64,000 nt of DNA from Ruditapes philippinarum (taxonomy: Eukaryota). Position 1 is the first letter of the stretch. Every line of letters starts with the position of its first letter. Location: contig NW_026857880.1 in the NCBI RefSeq assembly GCF_026571515.1, positions 1 through 64,000 of the forward strand, written 5' to 3'. A program made the translations under genes and the position numbers. This document shows, piece by piece, positions 35,600 to 49,452 of the stretch. The notes below the pieces were generated by a model. It did no database searches and had not been told where the DNA came from. It saw only the letters and a list, made by a program, of their open reading frames with translations.

Positions 35600-37930
35600 A
35601 AAATGTTTTGGAACTTTTTTAGGATTGTATAGCACAACCAAAGTCAGCCATTTTTAGTCGACAAATAGATGCGTTGTACTGGAAAGAGATTTGAACAACT
35701 AACTTTAATCTGATACACTTGGCAAGTGATTATAAAAAATGTTAAAGAATTACCTGTCCTTCCATTTCACGCATAGATTGCGTGCGCAATAAAATGACGC
35801 AGTTTGACAAAAAAGTCAATGTTTTCAGTCTTAATTTGTATTCTAGCTTGGGCATGGAATGTTATTGAATGTATTTAAAAAATCTTTCAGAATATAGGAT
35901 TTTTTTATAGGGAAATGAATGATTAAAATTTAGATATGTGGAATATCACCGGAATTGTCGTTTGCTTAGCTTCAATTTTGTACGGTGTTGGCGGTATTAA
36001 TTTTCTTAATGGTAAATACAGGAATGTTAATATTGTTATCCAAAACACTGTTGCTGAGAACGAGGTTCTAATTGAACGAATTAAGGTAATAATATGTTAA
36101 TACAAGTATTAGTTTTATATAAATGTAAATGTTAGATGAAAAGAAAAGTGAAACCTTGAATTAAAAGTAACTTATTTAAATATATAAATCAAACTGCGTG
36201 AATGGAAAATTTGCCTTTAACAAAACCACTTTCGTCACTGAATGAGAATTTAAAAAGAAAGGGGGAAAGACTGCACTACATTGATAGCTGATTATATTAG
36301 ATATATTTCCTTTTAAACTATATGGAAGATAATAAAACGCCTCTTAATGTTTATGTATATATCTCTTTTGAATATTTATTCATATAACTTGTAATTTATA
36401 AACACTTTCTCATAAATAATTTCAAATTTACCAAAAATAAAACTACATAAAAAAGATTATTCATACTATAATAAATCCTAGAAATCGATAACAGAAACGT
36501 GTTCAGTGAAAATAATGAGGCCTTTCTTTGCTTTTTAACTTAGCTGACTTTGTTTTCAGTTATTTTGTTAATTAAAAATATTTTTCTTTTGATCTGATGC
36601 CTTACCTTTACTTGATAAAGGATACACGCTAGTTTAGTCTTATTCCACGAAACTTTGGAATCTGACCATTTTATTTCTTCCTAAAAAATTAAAATGTACT
36701 TATGACTGAGAAATTCAATAATTAACATAATTATTTGAATTTTAACAAATACAATTATACATATTTTGTAGTCAAATTTTTAATATTTTGATAACGAATT
36801 CTTAAAAAAAATTTATTCTAGGAATTACGATTGTAGAGCACAACCAATGACAGTCATTATTAGTCGATCAATGGATATATTGTACTGGAGAGAGTTTCAA
36901 CTTATTTAAAATCTGATACACTTGTCAAGTGATCATTAAGTTTAGATATAGAAAGTCCTTAAAAAATACCTGGCCTTCCATTTCATGCATGCATTGCATG
37001 ATCAATAAAACGACGCAGTTTGACAAAAAAACCTCAATATTTTCAGCCTTTATTTGCATTCTAACTTTGGGCATGGAGTGTGATTAAAAATCTTTCAGAA
37101 AAAGGAAACTGATTTTTTTATAGGGAAATGAATGATTAAAATTAAAATATGTGGAATATCGCCGGAATTTTCGTTTGCTTAGCTTCAATTTTGTACGGTG
37201 TTGGCGGTATTAATTTTCTTAATGGTAAATACAGGAATGTTAATATTGTTATCCAAAACACTGTTGCCGAGAACGAGGTTCTAATTGAACGAATTAAGGT
37301 AATAACATAATAAAAATTATATTAGTTGTGTATTAATGTAAATGTTGTTAGATAAAAAAAAGGTAATAATTATATGTTAATACGAGTATTAGTTTAATAT
37401 AAATGTTGTTTAATGAAAAGAAAAGTAAAACATTGAACTAAAAGTAAATTACTTAAATATTAATCAAACCGCGTGGACGAAAAGGTATAATTTCAACAAT
37501 ACCTCTTTTGAAACTGAATGAGAAGTTAAAAAGAAAGCGGAATACTGCACTACATTGATAGCTGATTATATTAAATATGTTTCCTTTTAAACATTTTGTA
37601 TATGAAAGATAATAAAATGCCTCTTAATGTCTATGTATATATCTTTTTTGAATAATTTAAATTCTCTTTCTCATAAATAATTTCAAATTTAGCAGAAATA
37701 AAACTACATAAAAGATTATTTATACTTTAATCAAACTTAGAAATCGTTAACAGAAACGTGTCAAGTGAAAATAGTTAGGCCGTTCTTTGCTTTGCTTTTC
37801 ATTTAGCTTACTTTCTTTTCAATGATTTTGCAAAATTTCAAAAAAAAAAATCTTCTTCTATTTGATCTTATGCCTAGCCTTTGCTGAATAAAGGGTATGC
37901 TATTTTAGTGTTATTTCACGAAACTTTAGA
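35600..37930 (+). repeat. ~1.2-kb tandem duplication containing the CLCA first coding exon
   Basis: Copies at ~35600-36660 and ~36810-37930. The ATGs at 35936 and 37149 are 1213 bp apart, and the 150-nt exons differ at 3 positions. Confidence 0.92.
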
Positions 37931-40900
37931 GGATGATTTAAAAAATAAACGAACGAAGGTAAATCAGAACTGTGTATAAGTTACTTGCGCTTAAATTGAC
38001 CTGAAATAACAAAAAGTCAAATTCAGTTTACTCGACAGCGAAATCTGTGACCCTTATTTTTTTTTCACAGAAATTGCTTATGCTATCATATTCTACAATC
38101 ATGCAAAGATTGAATGTAACCCATTTTGCAACTTTCAATCGGCCATATCTCTATAAGTGACCTCAGCATATGTCTTTGATACTAAACTTTTGAGCTAATA
38201 TTTCCAATATACAGCTGCCATACATAATATTGATTTTAAGTTTATTAAAACCATTGATATTATGGTTACCAAAGTGGTAGCGAGAAACCCTTATTTTTAT
38301 GTATGACTTCAGCAAATTTTTACCAACGCATCTCAGCTCCTTTTCGAAGCGACACGGTACCAAGTGTCTTTTGGACAAATTAACATTATTATACCCAATA
38401 CATGGAGCTCGAAACCAGAATATCAGGAGATACCCGCTCTGTCCGAGTTAGACTCTTACATCACCGTCGATGATGGAAAGGTTAAAATGCCTCATACTAA
38501 ACGCAAGAGAAAGAAGTGCGGCTCATCTGGGCGTTATATCTTCTTACCGGAAAGCTTTTTATTGGAAGAAGGGAAAACAAAATATGGACACCATGGTAAC
38601 TATGTACAATAAGGATACAGGTTTGCTTCTTTAAAAAATAAGCATGCGAGAGGTCTTTTTGCTGCTGTGGTTCGATAATATTTGGGAATGAATTACAATT
38701 ATTTAATAGAATAGAATTTATTAAATATATTGAATATAGTATCATAATGAAAATTTGTTTTACACTTCATTTTTTAAAATGTTTTGAAAGATTATATGCC
38801 GGAGAAATTGACTTTTTTTCTTGGCTCAAAAAGGGATATCTGTTCAACAAAGGGAACTTGTATCATAGTTTGGGGACCTTTCTGTTGAAAATGTGTCAGA
38901 GTTAAATCATATACATATAAATGCACAGCGAGTTAAATGGAGTGCGGATATCAGTTACCCGCACTCCGGAGCATGTCCATTGATTGGCTCATTTTTGCTG
39001 GGGTTTACTTATAGTGACGGCAGAGAAAGGGAAAACGACAGAAATATCATATTCAGATGCTCGTTCATTGGTTCCTTTTTTCTGGTGTTTCATATTGTTA
39101 CAACAGGGAACGTGTTTTATGTTTGACTATGATACAAAAGAGAAAGAACATCAAAACAGTCGGCAATCTCATTAATACATGGGGGCTACGCCCCTCATAC
39201 AAATCAGATAGCCTCATGTTTCGATGCTCTTTTTATTACTAAATTTGAAATAAATGATATATATATAGTCATTTATATATATAAATATATATAAAATATA
39301 TATAATATATATTTATTTTATGCTTTTCAGTGGATTACTGATTTATCCGTGAAAATTATATTTGATAATTTCACAGTGAAAATTATCAAAATATAATTTC
39401 ACTTTTTTCAACGACGAAACTACTTTTTAAAGATTTTCCCCATGTGGTACCTCAATTTTATTTTTACTGATAATTCTGACAATATCAGACTGTTAAAAAA
39501 ATAGCAAAGCTGAAATAGATAAATAACTTAAATGTTAAAAGTAATAAAGAGAGAAAACTTACTTCTATTCCTTCAAATTCCAATCACAAAATTTCGTCTC
39601 TAAATTTTTTTGTTTTGTTTTTACAGTCTGAAAAATACATTCCTTCCCCATGCTAAACTGCTCTTGATGACATTTGGGCATATTAAAGTATCCTACGAGC
39701 AATAACTGCCGTATGCTTTATGAAAAATTGAAAAGCATTGACAGCCATCACTCGTAAAATAAGTAAAACAACCCAGCGTTCCTTACAATGCCTTAGCAAG
39801 CTTCCAAGTTTTCCATTTTCCTAGCTCCTTTTCTGAATGTTTTCACTTCTGTCAACACTTATTTTTTGTCTGTTATAATCTTCAAATAAGTTTTCTTTCT
39901 TTTAAAAAGGTGTATGACTAACAAATCCAAATTATATCCTTCTGAATCTTACACAATTATTTTCCTCCCATGAAATACACAACTTTAAAAAATGGCTGCC
40001 GCTTACATTTTACAAAGCCAGGTCTAATATAAATTCGCAGTAAGTAACAGAAATATGGATGGATGGTTGGACTTTTTCTCCTACAAGAATTGTTTGTTTT
40101 TATTATTAAAACAAGCGATCATTCATATTTTTTTAATAAAATGAATAAATATCACCGTCATTTAACCTTGATTGGCGGACTTATTTTTCAGCTCAAGACT
40201 TCTTGTTTTTAATGAGAAATTCCCTCCAAATGGGGCTCTCAATGGGGGAAACAGATTTTAATATTAACGTTAAAATTATGGAAATTTCGTTTTAACTTGT
40301 TTTAAAGTATAAAATAAAAAGAAAATTTGTCTGTTTGTTGTGTAAGATGTAATTTTATTTCATCTCGTGAACTTTAAAAACAATATTCTCACTCGTGGCT
40401 ACGCCACTCGTGAGAATACTGTTTTTAAAGCCCACTCGATGAAATAAAATTTCATCTTACACACAAACAAACAAATATCCTCTATATGATAACATCTCCT
40501 TTCGGTATAGACCGGAATATTATGGCTTGAGGGCAACTGTTTACGGCGGCAACGAGGCCCTGCGGACTGCAGTTACTCGAGAGCTAGATATTGATGTCTG
40601 TTACGTTTACAACTGTATTCATAATGGCAAAATGACGTCATCCTTAGAACGCAGGTTTAAAAAAAAGCGCATGGGAATAACGTCATTGAAAGCACGTGAC
40701 TTGACAGGTTTTCCTAATACAGTAAACAGTAGATAATCCTGTTTGATATGCAACAAATAATTGTTGTCTTCAAATTATCATTAAGGAAACTAACGCTATA
40801 AATAACTGATTTTTTGAATACTTAAGCCCATTTATATCTGAAACATAGAGTTAGAGCATGTCAAATTTAGGCTTATGTACAGACAATGCTACATTTATTT

Positions 40901-43900
40901 ATAACTTGTGTTTAAATTTAGACTTTTTCTCAGAATGAATTTTTCTAACGTATTATGCTATTTCATAAAGCAAACGTTGTGGTTCATGAGTGGGGTCATT
41001 TGAGATGGGGACTATGGGATGAATACGGAATAAAGAAAAATGGAAGATTTTACTTAAAAGATGGTGAATGGAAGCCTGTAGGGTAAGATCATTTCTATTG
41101 AACCAACGTATATCCCTTTTATGGGTATAAAACTGGTGAAAGATTTCGTACATCATTAGTATTTGCTTCAATCAAAGTGCATGCCAATAGCTAGGACATC
41201 ACACGGCCTGTGCACATATAATAGACGAAAGGCAATTTCAACTACATTAAATCGTGATACTGCGAAAAACGATTGCCAAACCCCACAAAAAATTAATTAT
41301 TGGATATATTTTAACTGTCTGTTTTGTTTTACATATCCAGATAAAAATGAGTTCAATATTTAAAGAAAATTTTAACATACAATCAAAATCTGGCTATATA
41401 AAATTTAATGCAATAATGGTTATTTATGTTCTTTTATTTATTATTCTCGAACAAATGCTTACAATTAATTATTCATATTACAAATGTTTGAAATAGATGC
41501 AGTGCGCAAATTACGGGTAAAGTTGGCAGAGGATCACAATGCACTCGAGGGATATCAAAATGTGACATTTCTAACACTGAAACAGTTATTAATGAAACTT
41601 GCAAGTTTTGCCCTGATGAATCACAACCAATATCCAACATGAGCTCCATAATGGCATTTAATTGGCTTGATGCGGTATGTGGTTACACCTTTTCGTGGCA
41701 TGATGCCTTGATAAATGCTCTCAATCTCCACTAGTCTTTGGTTCTTTGCATTGTCTTTTACAACGTTATCAACCTAGATATGTCTGTACTTTAACGAAAT
41801 GATGTTTCGTTTTCCCATTGTTCTTTTATCATTTTTTTCCCTAAATTCGTTACCAGGTAGACAAAAAAACTATCGTCATGTACCCTTTCTTTTTAAAAAG
41901 ATAAAACATTGACCCTTTACAGGGCAAATAGGAGTTATGAATTCAATTTAAATACTAATATCACGAAATTACTGATTAAATCTGGTTGACATCTTTAGCC
42001 GATGCCTCAAGATGTCTTTTTTAGTTTGATCATTCAATAATATATTCCGGCCTTTGAAATAATAAGAATATCTTAACTAATTTTAAAAAGTTTTCTTAAG
42101 ATTTGCATGTAACCGTACATGTGTATTTAAATATCCCACACTTTCCTTGAGGGAAATGTTCTATACTTCCATTGTATTTGCATGTCTCAGGTTGTTACTT
42201 TCTGTGATCGTGAGAATGACACAAGTGTTCCTGTTCACCAAAGACACAACAGTAATGGCAAGAGTAAACAAAATTTGAAATGTAAAGGCCGTAGTTCCTG
42301 GGAAGTAATGAGGGACCATGAAGACTTCAGATCAGGTCATCAAATTTATATACGTGCAGCTACAAATTGTTTTTTGTTGTTTTACAAAACTCTTTTAGGT
42401 TATAGCATAATACCGTTTTATTCTTATGAATGCATTGTAACCAAACAACATATCTACTCTGCGGTTAAAAGGAACTGAGGTTTTTGACATGACATGACTG
42501 GGAATATTTGCAGAGACTTGTGTATAATTTGATGTAGGTCTGGAAAAATTACCTGTGTGCAAAATTTTGATATCGTGCTCTCCCTTCCCCACCCCGTCTT
42601 TCCAAATTAATCATTTTTGTTATACAAAGTGACACAAAAATGAATAGTTTTGCATTTTGAGTAGATGTCTTATTTTCCTTTGTATACTTTTTCCATTTGA
42701 AATGATTTACTTGATCTATTTAAGAATTTCAAAGTTTACGTTTTAAGTCATTTGAACCCCAGTGGAGCTCCTTTAAATTTATCATTCTTGCTTTCAACGC
42801 TTCTATGAAATAATTTGAAATAATTTGCTCATCTATATTAAAAGTTCCCCGAACTGGGCAAGTTAAAAAATTTGTTCTCTTTTGTGGGGTTTCACTGGGA
42901 AAATTTCTTTTTTCCACACAAGGAAATTTAATTTTTTCACTCTTCATTAAAAGCTCCCATATGGAAAAACATGTTTAAAAAAAAAATATAAACCAAAAAA
43001 CAAAAAGGGAAAAGGGGGTCATCCAAACAAAAATAAAAAAAATGAAAAATGTTTTGTTCAAGAAAAAATTTTAAATTTTTTTAAACCCAATTAATTAATT
43101 TTAGAACTCAACTATATTCCTTTAAAAAAAACTTTGTTTTAAAGGTTTAATTTAACATATTTTTATTTTTTTTTCAGAAAAAACCCTTTTTCCAACATTT
43201 AAAACAATTTTCCAACCTTTGGGCTGTTACAAGAAACTGTTGGGATATCGTGTTTTGTATTTGAAAGTTTTTGGAAATATGAAATTTTTTTTAAAATGAA
43301 ATTTTTTCATTTCAAAATAAACCTTTCTTTTAATTTTTTTTTAAAAAAAACTAAAAAATTTAAAAAAACTTTTTCCCAAATTTTTTTTCAATTATTAAAT
43401 TTTTTTAGGTTTTAAGACTAACCAAAAAAGGTACAAGAAGTTCGTAAAATTACCAAAGAAAAATAAACCCCACAAAAGTTGGCTTGGCATTTGGTTTTAT
43501 TTTAAAACAAAAGCTGATCCCCTTTTAAAAAAACCCTGAAAGCCCAAATAAAGTCTCACAAGATAGAGATGATATGAAAATTGAAGTTAAATTGTCGCAA
43601 ATGGTGGTACTTGTATTGGATGTGGGGTAACGACTGCTTTACGGTATGTTTTTTTAAAAACTCCCTTTTTCCCATATAAAATAAAAAAATAACCCGTTGA
43701 ACCCAAATTAAAGCAGCTTTTTTTCGTCTGATTCAAAAAATTTTTAGGAAAAAGGGGCCTGTTTTTTTTACCAAAACCTTTACATTTAGAAAACTTGAAA
43801 ATTTTAAAAAACCCTTCGGGGAATTGGGCTGTCCAAAACTTAAAACAGTGAGGATCAATTGCATAATTACAAGATGAAAAACAAAGGATAATTGAATGTC

Positions 43901-46900
43901 AATAAAGTTTTCTTTTAAGTCCAAGGGCAAATTTCAAGTCGGAAATTTTAAAATTTAGCTTTTTTTTCTTTTTTTAGGTTTTTTTTTTCACCTGATTTTA
44001 AACCCCAGAGAAATTAAATATCAATTTAATCTTTGTATCACTAAAATTGCTTATAGTTTTGGAAAAGAAATTTTAATACCCCAAAATGAACTTTTTAAGT
44101 TATTTTGACTTGTATCCAAAATGGTTTGCAAAATAAAAAATTTTTAAAAACTCTTTAAAAAGAGCTTTTTACTTGAAAAGATTTTATTTTCGATTTGTTA
44201 CCTGTGTTAAAATGTGGAAACGGAAAACATAAGCAATTAAATTAGCTATATTTTATAATGTGTTATCATATTCTAAACTAGCTTCGAGTTTATAAACGCT
44301 TAACAAAAGCGCCTCGTACTCCGATGAAATGTCTAAAATTATTTTTTAAAATATTTGAATTGTCAATTTGACATTTTAAGAAAAATGATTTGCACATTAT
44401 TTACTTTGTATAATATATACATAGCAATATTCGTTTAATTTAAAGAAACTATGGTAATTCTGAGATGAATGATGATAATAGATATTCGCGAAAACTCGGA
44501 AGTTAATGTCTTATATGAATGTATGACTTAAAGCTCGATATATTTACTGCTTAATAAATTATATTATCCGAAAAGCATCAGTGACAGCTTCGTGCATTTG
44601 TGAAATGTTTGCTGTATAACAGCTGCATAGTGTTATGCTAATTCAGCAACATTCTTCCAGAGAATTCCCCTCTTTGTTTTAACCGGATAAAGAAGCAATC
44701 TTCGACCATTGTTGTAAAAGGCATAAAAACTATTTCGTGTTTTTCATAATGTATGTACACGAGACAATAATTTTATCATATACCCGTATAATTTGCAAGC
44801 ATATAATGCCCGCTGATTTCAATTTTTTAACATTACAACAATAAAGGCACTGGTGATCTTTAAAAAATATCAAGCATCATCAAGTTTAGTGCAGGTGATA
44901 TACACAATTAGATTTGTAGTTGACAATTTGTTGAGCATACATTTATGTGGTTATTATAGTTGCTAACGACCAAACTTGGCGATCCTGCCGGATCAGAGAT
45001 TATAGTGATATCAGATGGTCAAGATGGTTACGCAAGTATCCTCGATAGTGCAATACAAGATGCTGTTGACACAAGTGTAACTATACACAGTATTTCAGTA
45101 TCACAAAATGCGGATACCCGAATGATATCGATGGCAATCCAGCAACAGGTGGCAGCCATATCTCTCTTATCTTGAGGTTGGAAACAATAAGCATTGCCTC
45201 AGCATTTACGGAAATAATTGTCCAAAGTTGCAGTAAACATCGTTTGCCACAGAAATCAGGTCAAACGGTTTAAAAGTAACAACAAAAAAAGGCTTGTTAA
45301 AAATTAATTTCAATTATTGATTTAACGAAACAGATCCAAGTAACTGACAACATTTGTATTGAACAAAGTAAAAGAATTTCTAAAATGCGTTAAAGACAAT
45401 AAAATTTGAATATAAAGATAATATGTGTTTTTAATAAATTTCAATATTTGAAATTGGAAATTAAAACAGATTTTTAAAATTTGTAATTTTTGGATTAAAC
45501 ATTGGATAAAGCCAAAAAATCAACATAGTGGTCAATAAACTGAATAAAATAAATTTCGCCTTTTTTAAGATAATGGCAGAACAGTTAATACCGCTGGATT
45601 ATCAAAATAACATACAGACAAGTTTTGATTATAGACAGGCAGCATAGGAAATAGGTACCTCTGTAAAGCGATATACTTCAAGGGCAGCTCCAAGCGTTTT
45701 CTGAAAGGTTTGATGTCACAAGTCCGGATGGAACTGTTTATACAAAACAAACTTCTGACGACAATGTTGTTTTGGACATACCTGGTACAGCCATTGTAAG
45801 AAACTTAACTTATAGTCGTTTACCATGAAAATACCATAAAACACAAAACATATAAAAAACCGAACTTTCTTGGTACTCTATGTAAAAATATCTGCGTCTA
45901 TGGTATTTTATCATATTTGATATGTTTAATTAATTCAAATTTTATAATTTCCTTATATTTTTGCATATTAATGAAGCAAATGTATATGTATACATGAACT
46001 CGTCAATGTGAGTACACTTACGTCATGAGTACACTTACCGAAACATGACAGCTTTAATTAGGATCATATATTGCAGTGTTTTCTAGATCTAATTTTTAAA
46101 TGCTTTGGCAAGACTTCAAAATAATCTATGCAAATAAATACAGTTTAACCTCGTCCGAGTATCTTTTTTAAAGATTCTTCTTTACATATTTCAAGTTGTT
46201 CAAACATCCATTTACTGTCACATACATCTATGCACGTTTTAGATCAGGATTAAGATGGTTAGGAACTTCCCTGATAAAACTAATTCATTTTGTCATGATA
46301 GGCCGGGCAATATAATGTTTCCATTGAATCAAGCACGTCATCTTTGGAGCTTTACGTTACATCTTTACCTACCGACGCGGAGGCTGTTCGTGTCTCTTCA
46401 TGGATATCTCCAGTGGATTTTGACTTTTCCTCTGGTGAATTACCTGTTGTTGAAGCCGACGTAATGAAAGGAAGAGCGGCTGTTTTAAATGCGATTGTTA
46501 CAGCACTTGTGGAAACATCAGCTACTAATGATTGTACAATTTCATTACTTGATGATGGGGCAGGTTCGATTTTATCATATTTTTAATGCTAAATTGTTAT
46601 GTTAGTTGACCGTTGTGACAATTTGTCAATTAGCAATACAAAACGTCAATTAGCCATGTAAATAGAAACAAGTTTCTTTTATCACGAAACATGAAAAGCT
46701 TTGAATTTAAATACCAATCTGCGCCTAATAATGGAAGTGAACAATAATAGTAAAACATTCGACCGATGCGCAGGAAAATTATACCAATCTAACACGTACA
46801 TGATATTAATTTAGAAAAACAATATTTCGTCACTTGGATGAGTTAGTTTTGTTCAATCCTTCAGATCCTGATGATACGTCTGATGATGGGGTATATGCCG

Positions 46901-48314
46901 GAGTAATTCCAGCATTCTGTATCGACAGAAATGGTCGTGTGAGTGCAAAGGTTTAATGTTAAAGGAAAGAAATGGCAGCAACTGTTGCCGGATGTCCCTT
47001 CAGTGGTGCAGGGACAGCCCCAGATTCCCAGGTTATTGTAACTACTCAGTTGTTTCATTTTGTTACTTAGTATTTCGAAGAAAAATATTAAAATAATTTC
47101 AAATTTTTGGATTACATAAATTCAAGTCAATTGTATTTTCTGTACTCTTTCCAGTTATGACTGATAATTTCTATTCAAGGGATGGCCCCCGCAGGTATTC
47201 AAATTAAATATTTTCCTTTGGGCTACTGCATTTTGGGAGAGAATGAATTGGACATAAAGTTTACAGGTACATTGGGTTGGTAAACCGCGTTACAGAATAA
47301 TTGGTAATTTAACATATTGCAAGATGAAAGAGGAAACTTAGTAATGAATTCTAACAAAGACAACTTTCCAGCGCCAAAGTGTTGCAAATGGAAATCATTA
47401 GTCCAATTTAATTAAATGTTAGCCGGTTTGATGTTACTTTGCAACCAGGTCGTAATTAAAACAGAATGTTTCTATCAATAGATATATCTACAGAAAATAC
47501 TCCTTATGGCGAAAGTAGAAACTTTACCATAACATGGACGGCAACCGGCGACGATGTTAACATTGGGCAAGGTGCACATTCACTAGAGTTTCTTGCTTAA
47601 ATAATAGTAATGATAATATAACAGTTATATCATTATAATTATGGTAGTGATAGTAATCAGTATAAACGTTATTCTCGTTTTTGTCATCATCATAATTAAA
47701 ATTTTATGTATCATTTTTGTTCTCATATTCGTGATAAATCATACTATTATTATCATTAAACATTTATTCACAGACAATTGTACATATCTCCATTTAAGTT
47801 ATGTTATTTAAAAGATGTATTTCATAATTGGACCTGCCTTTTACTTTAAGCTATGGAATATGAGATAAGAATATCAAGCGACAATTAACATTTTGACAAA
47901 CGATTTTTCCAATGCTGAATTGCTCAGTTGTTTCTAATACAAACTTCACACCGAAGGCTTCAGGTGTAACAGAGTTCCTAAGGATAGAAGTAAATGCAGA
48001 AGAGTCGTACACATCAACCAAATATTTCGCTATCAAGGGCAAAGGACGAGGCTGGAAACGTAGGTGATGTTTCAAATATCATTTTCGATACTTGTTGCCA
48101 ATGGTTACCGAATAGCAATAGAAGGTGATATAGTTTACTCTCATAGTAACACAGACGACGAGGCTACAGAAGAGGCTGTGGTAGAAAAAGAGAAGAAGAA
48201 AAATCTCACTATACTTGCCGTTGGATTATCGTCTGCAGCAGCTGTAATTGTCATAGCAATAGTTTGCACTTACAGTGTGCGTTAAAAAAGCAAAAGCTAA
48301 GGAAATTGTACAAG
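35936..48314 (+). CDS. CLCA: Calcium-activated chloride channel regulator (CLCA-family zinc metalloprotease/VWA/FnIII/TM protein); 3' half frameshifted as assembled
   Basis: In-frame exons: 35936-36085 or 37149-37298 (signal peptide), 38313-38595 (QIFTNASQLLFEATRYQVSFGQINIIIPNTW..CGSSGRYIFLP), 40971-41082 (VVHEWGHLRWGLWDEY), 41497-41674 (CKFCPD..SSIM), 42191-42335 (FCD..HN..QNLKCKGRSSWEVM). VWA exons at ~43180-43643 are garbled (ANGGTCIGCGV survives). Later exons: 44960-45259 (IIVISDGQD), ~45570-45796, 46302-46563 (LLDDGA), 46865-47032 (DDGVYAG), ~47320-47571 (ITWTATGDD), 47851-48314 (AKDEAGNVGDVSN, TM helix). Confidence 0.9.
39310..40485. mobile_element. Non-autonomous element ending in a ~160-bp fold-back (Crypton-like, tentative)
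   Basis: 40323-40480 is a long inverted repeat centred on cactcgtggctacgccactcgtg. The family name is from recollection of mollusc repeats, not from a search. Confidence 0.5.
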
Positions 48315-48561
48315 GTACAAACGTCTCTTTTCAAATTGATATTACATTTTATGTTACAGCTATGTACATGTAAAGTTACAGAATGTAATTTAATGGCTTA
48401 AGTAGAGTTCCTTTTTTACAGCAATTTGTGTAGCAGCTTTCATTCGAACACATTATTTCTGTCTGCAAGTTTCAATACATTCGTATGTCGCTATTAACTT
48501 AGTCGAACGTTATCGAAACTTTACTTTTCAATAGTCATAATTCTTATATCAATATTCACAG

Positions 48562-49452
48562 ACTGTGAATTCGGCAGCAGGACAAAAGGGCCCCCTCAAT
48601 AGAAAAAACCCATTGAAAAAACCCTTTTTATCTGTCCCCCCCACGAACCCCTGTAAACGAAGAAGGTTTTCCCCGTCGTCACAACCCTTTAGACTATTTT
48701 CCGAAAAAAAACAAAAAATTTTTTGGGGCTGCCCTCGTTTTCTTCAGAGCCAATAAAAAATAACTCTCCCGGGAAAAACGGAAGCATTTGGAAAATTTTT
48801 AAGTCACCCGGGTTTGTTTTAAATTTTTTGACATGTTTTAAGGGGGAGAATAATTTTCCCTTGACGGGAAAACACCCCAGATGATGACAATGGAACTTAG
48901 TTCAGAAATTTATCACACATTTGGTAAATTTAAAGTGATACCCTGCTCACTTGTTGGGGAAAGCCAAAAAAAGAAAAGAGTCAGATGTTCTACCAGGAGA
49001 AATAAGTGAGGAAAGGCTATCTCCAAAAGGGGTTTTACAAAAAGAAAAGTAAAGAGGGTAATTTCCCAAACATGGGCCCCCAAAACTTTAAAAGTCAAAG
49101 GGGTTCATGGGGGACAATCAGCAGAAGGGGAAAAAATGGTAAATCCAATGGAAATAAAAGCGAGAATTTTTTTGCAGTGCTGATTTTCCTTTTCCGGGGA
49201 AAAAATTTCAGAACAGAGCTACAAGATGATCGGAACGGTGAATCAACTGAAAATTTTGCTGTAGCTGCTGAAACTCTAAGTTCACACGACACCGGCAAAT
49301 CAAAACCGAAAAGATTCAAATTTGAACGACATCAAGAATATTTTGATGAAAGGTCCATGACAACTTCAAATTTGTCGCTCGGATTTCCAGTTTTTGATTC
49401 GGGCAGAATGAGCAAAGAAATAAGCAAGATGTATGAAGATGTGTGCCCCTAA
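48562..49452 (+). CDS. Possible terminal exon (cytoplasmic tail) of the CLCA gene, partly garbled
   Basis: Acceptor ttcacag at 48561 follows a donor at 48315. An open frame in the cleaner 3' part ends at 49452. The middle is homopolymer-garbled, so frame continuity cannot be shown. Confidence 0.35.
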
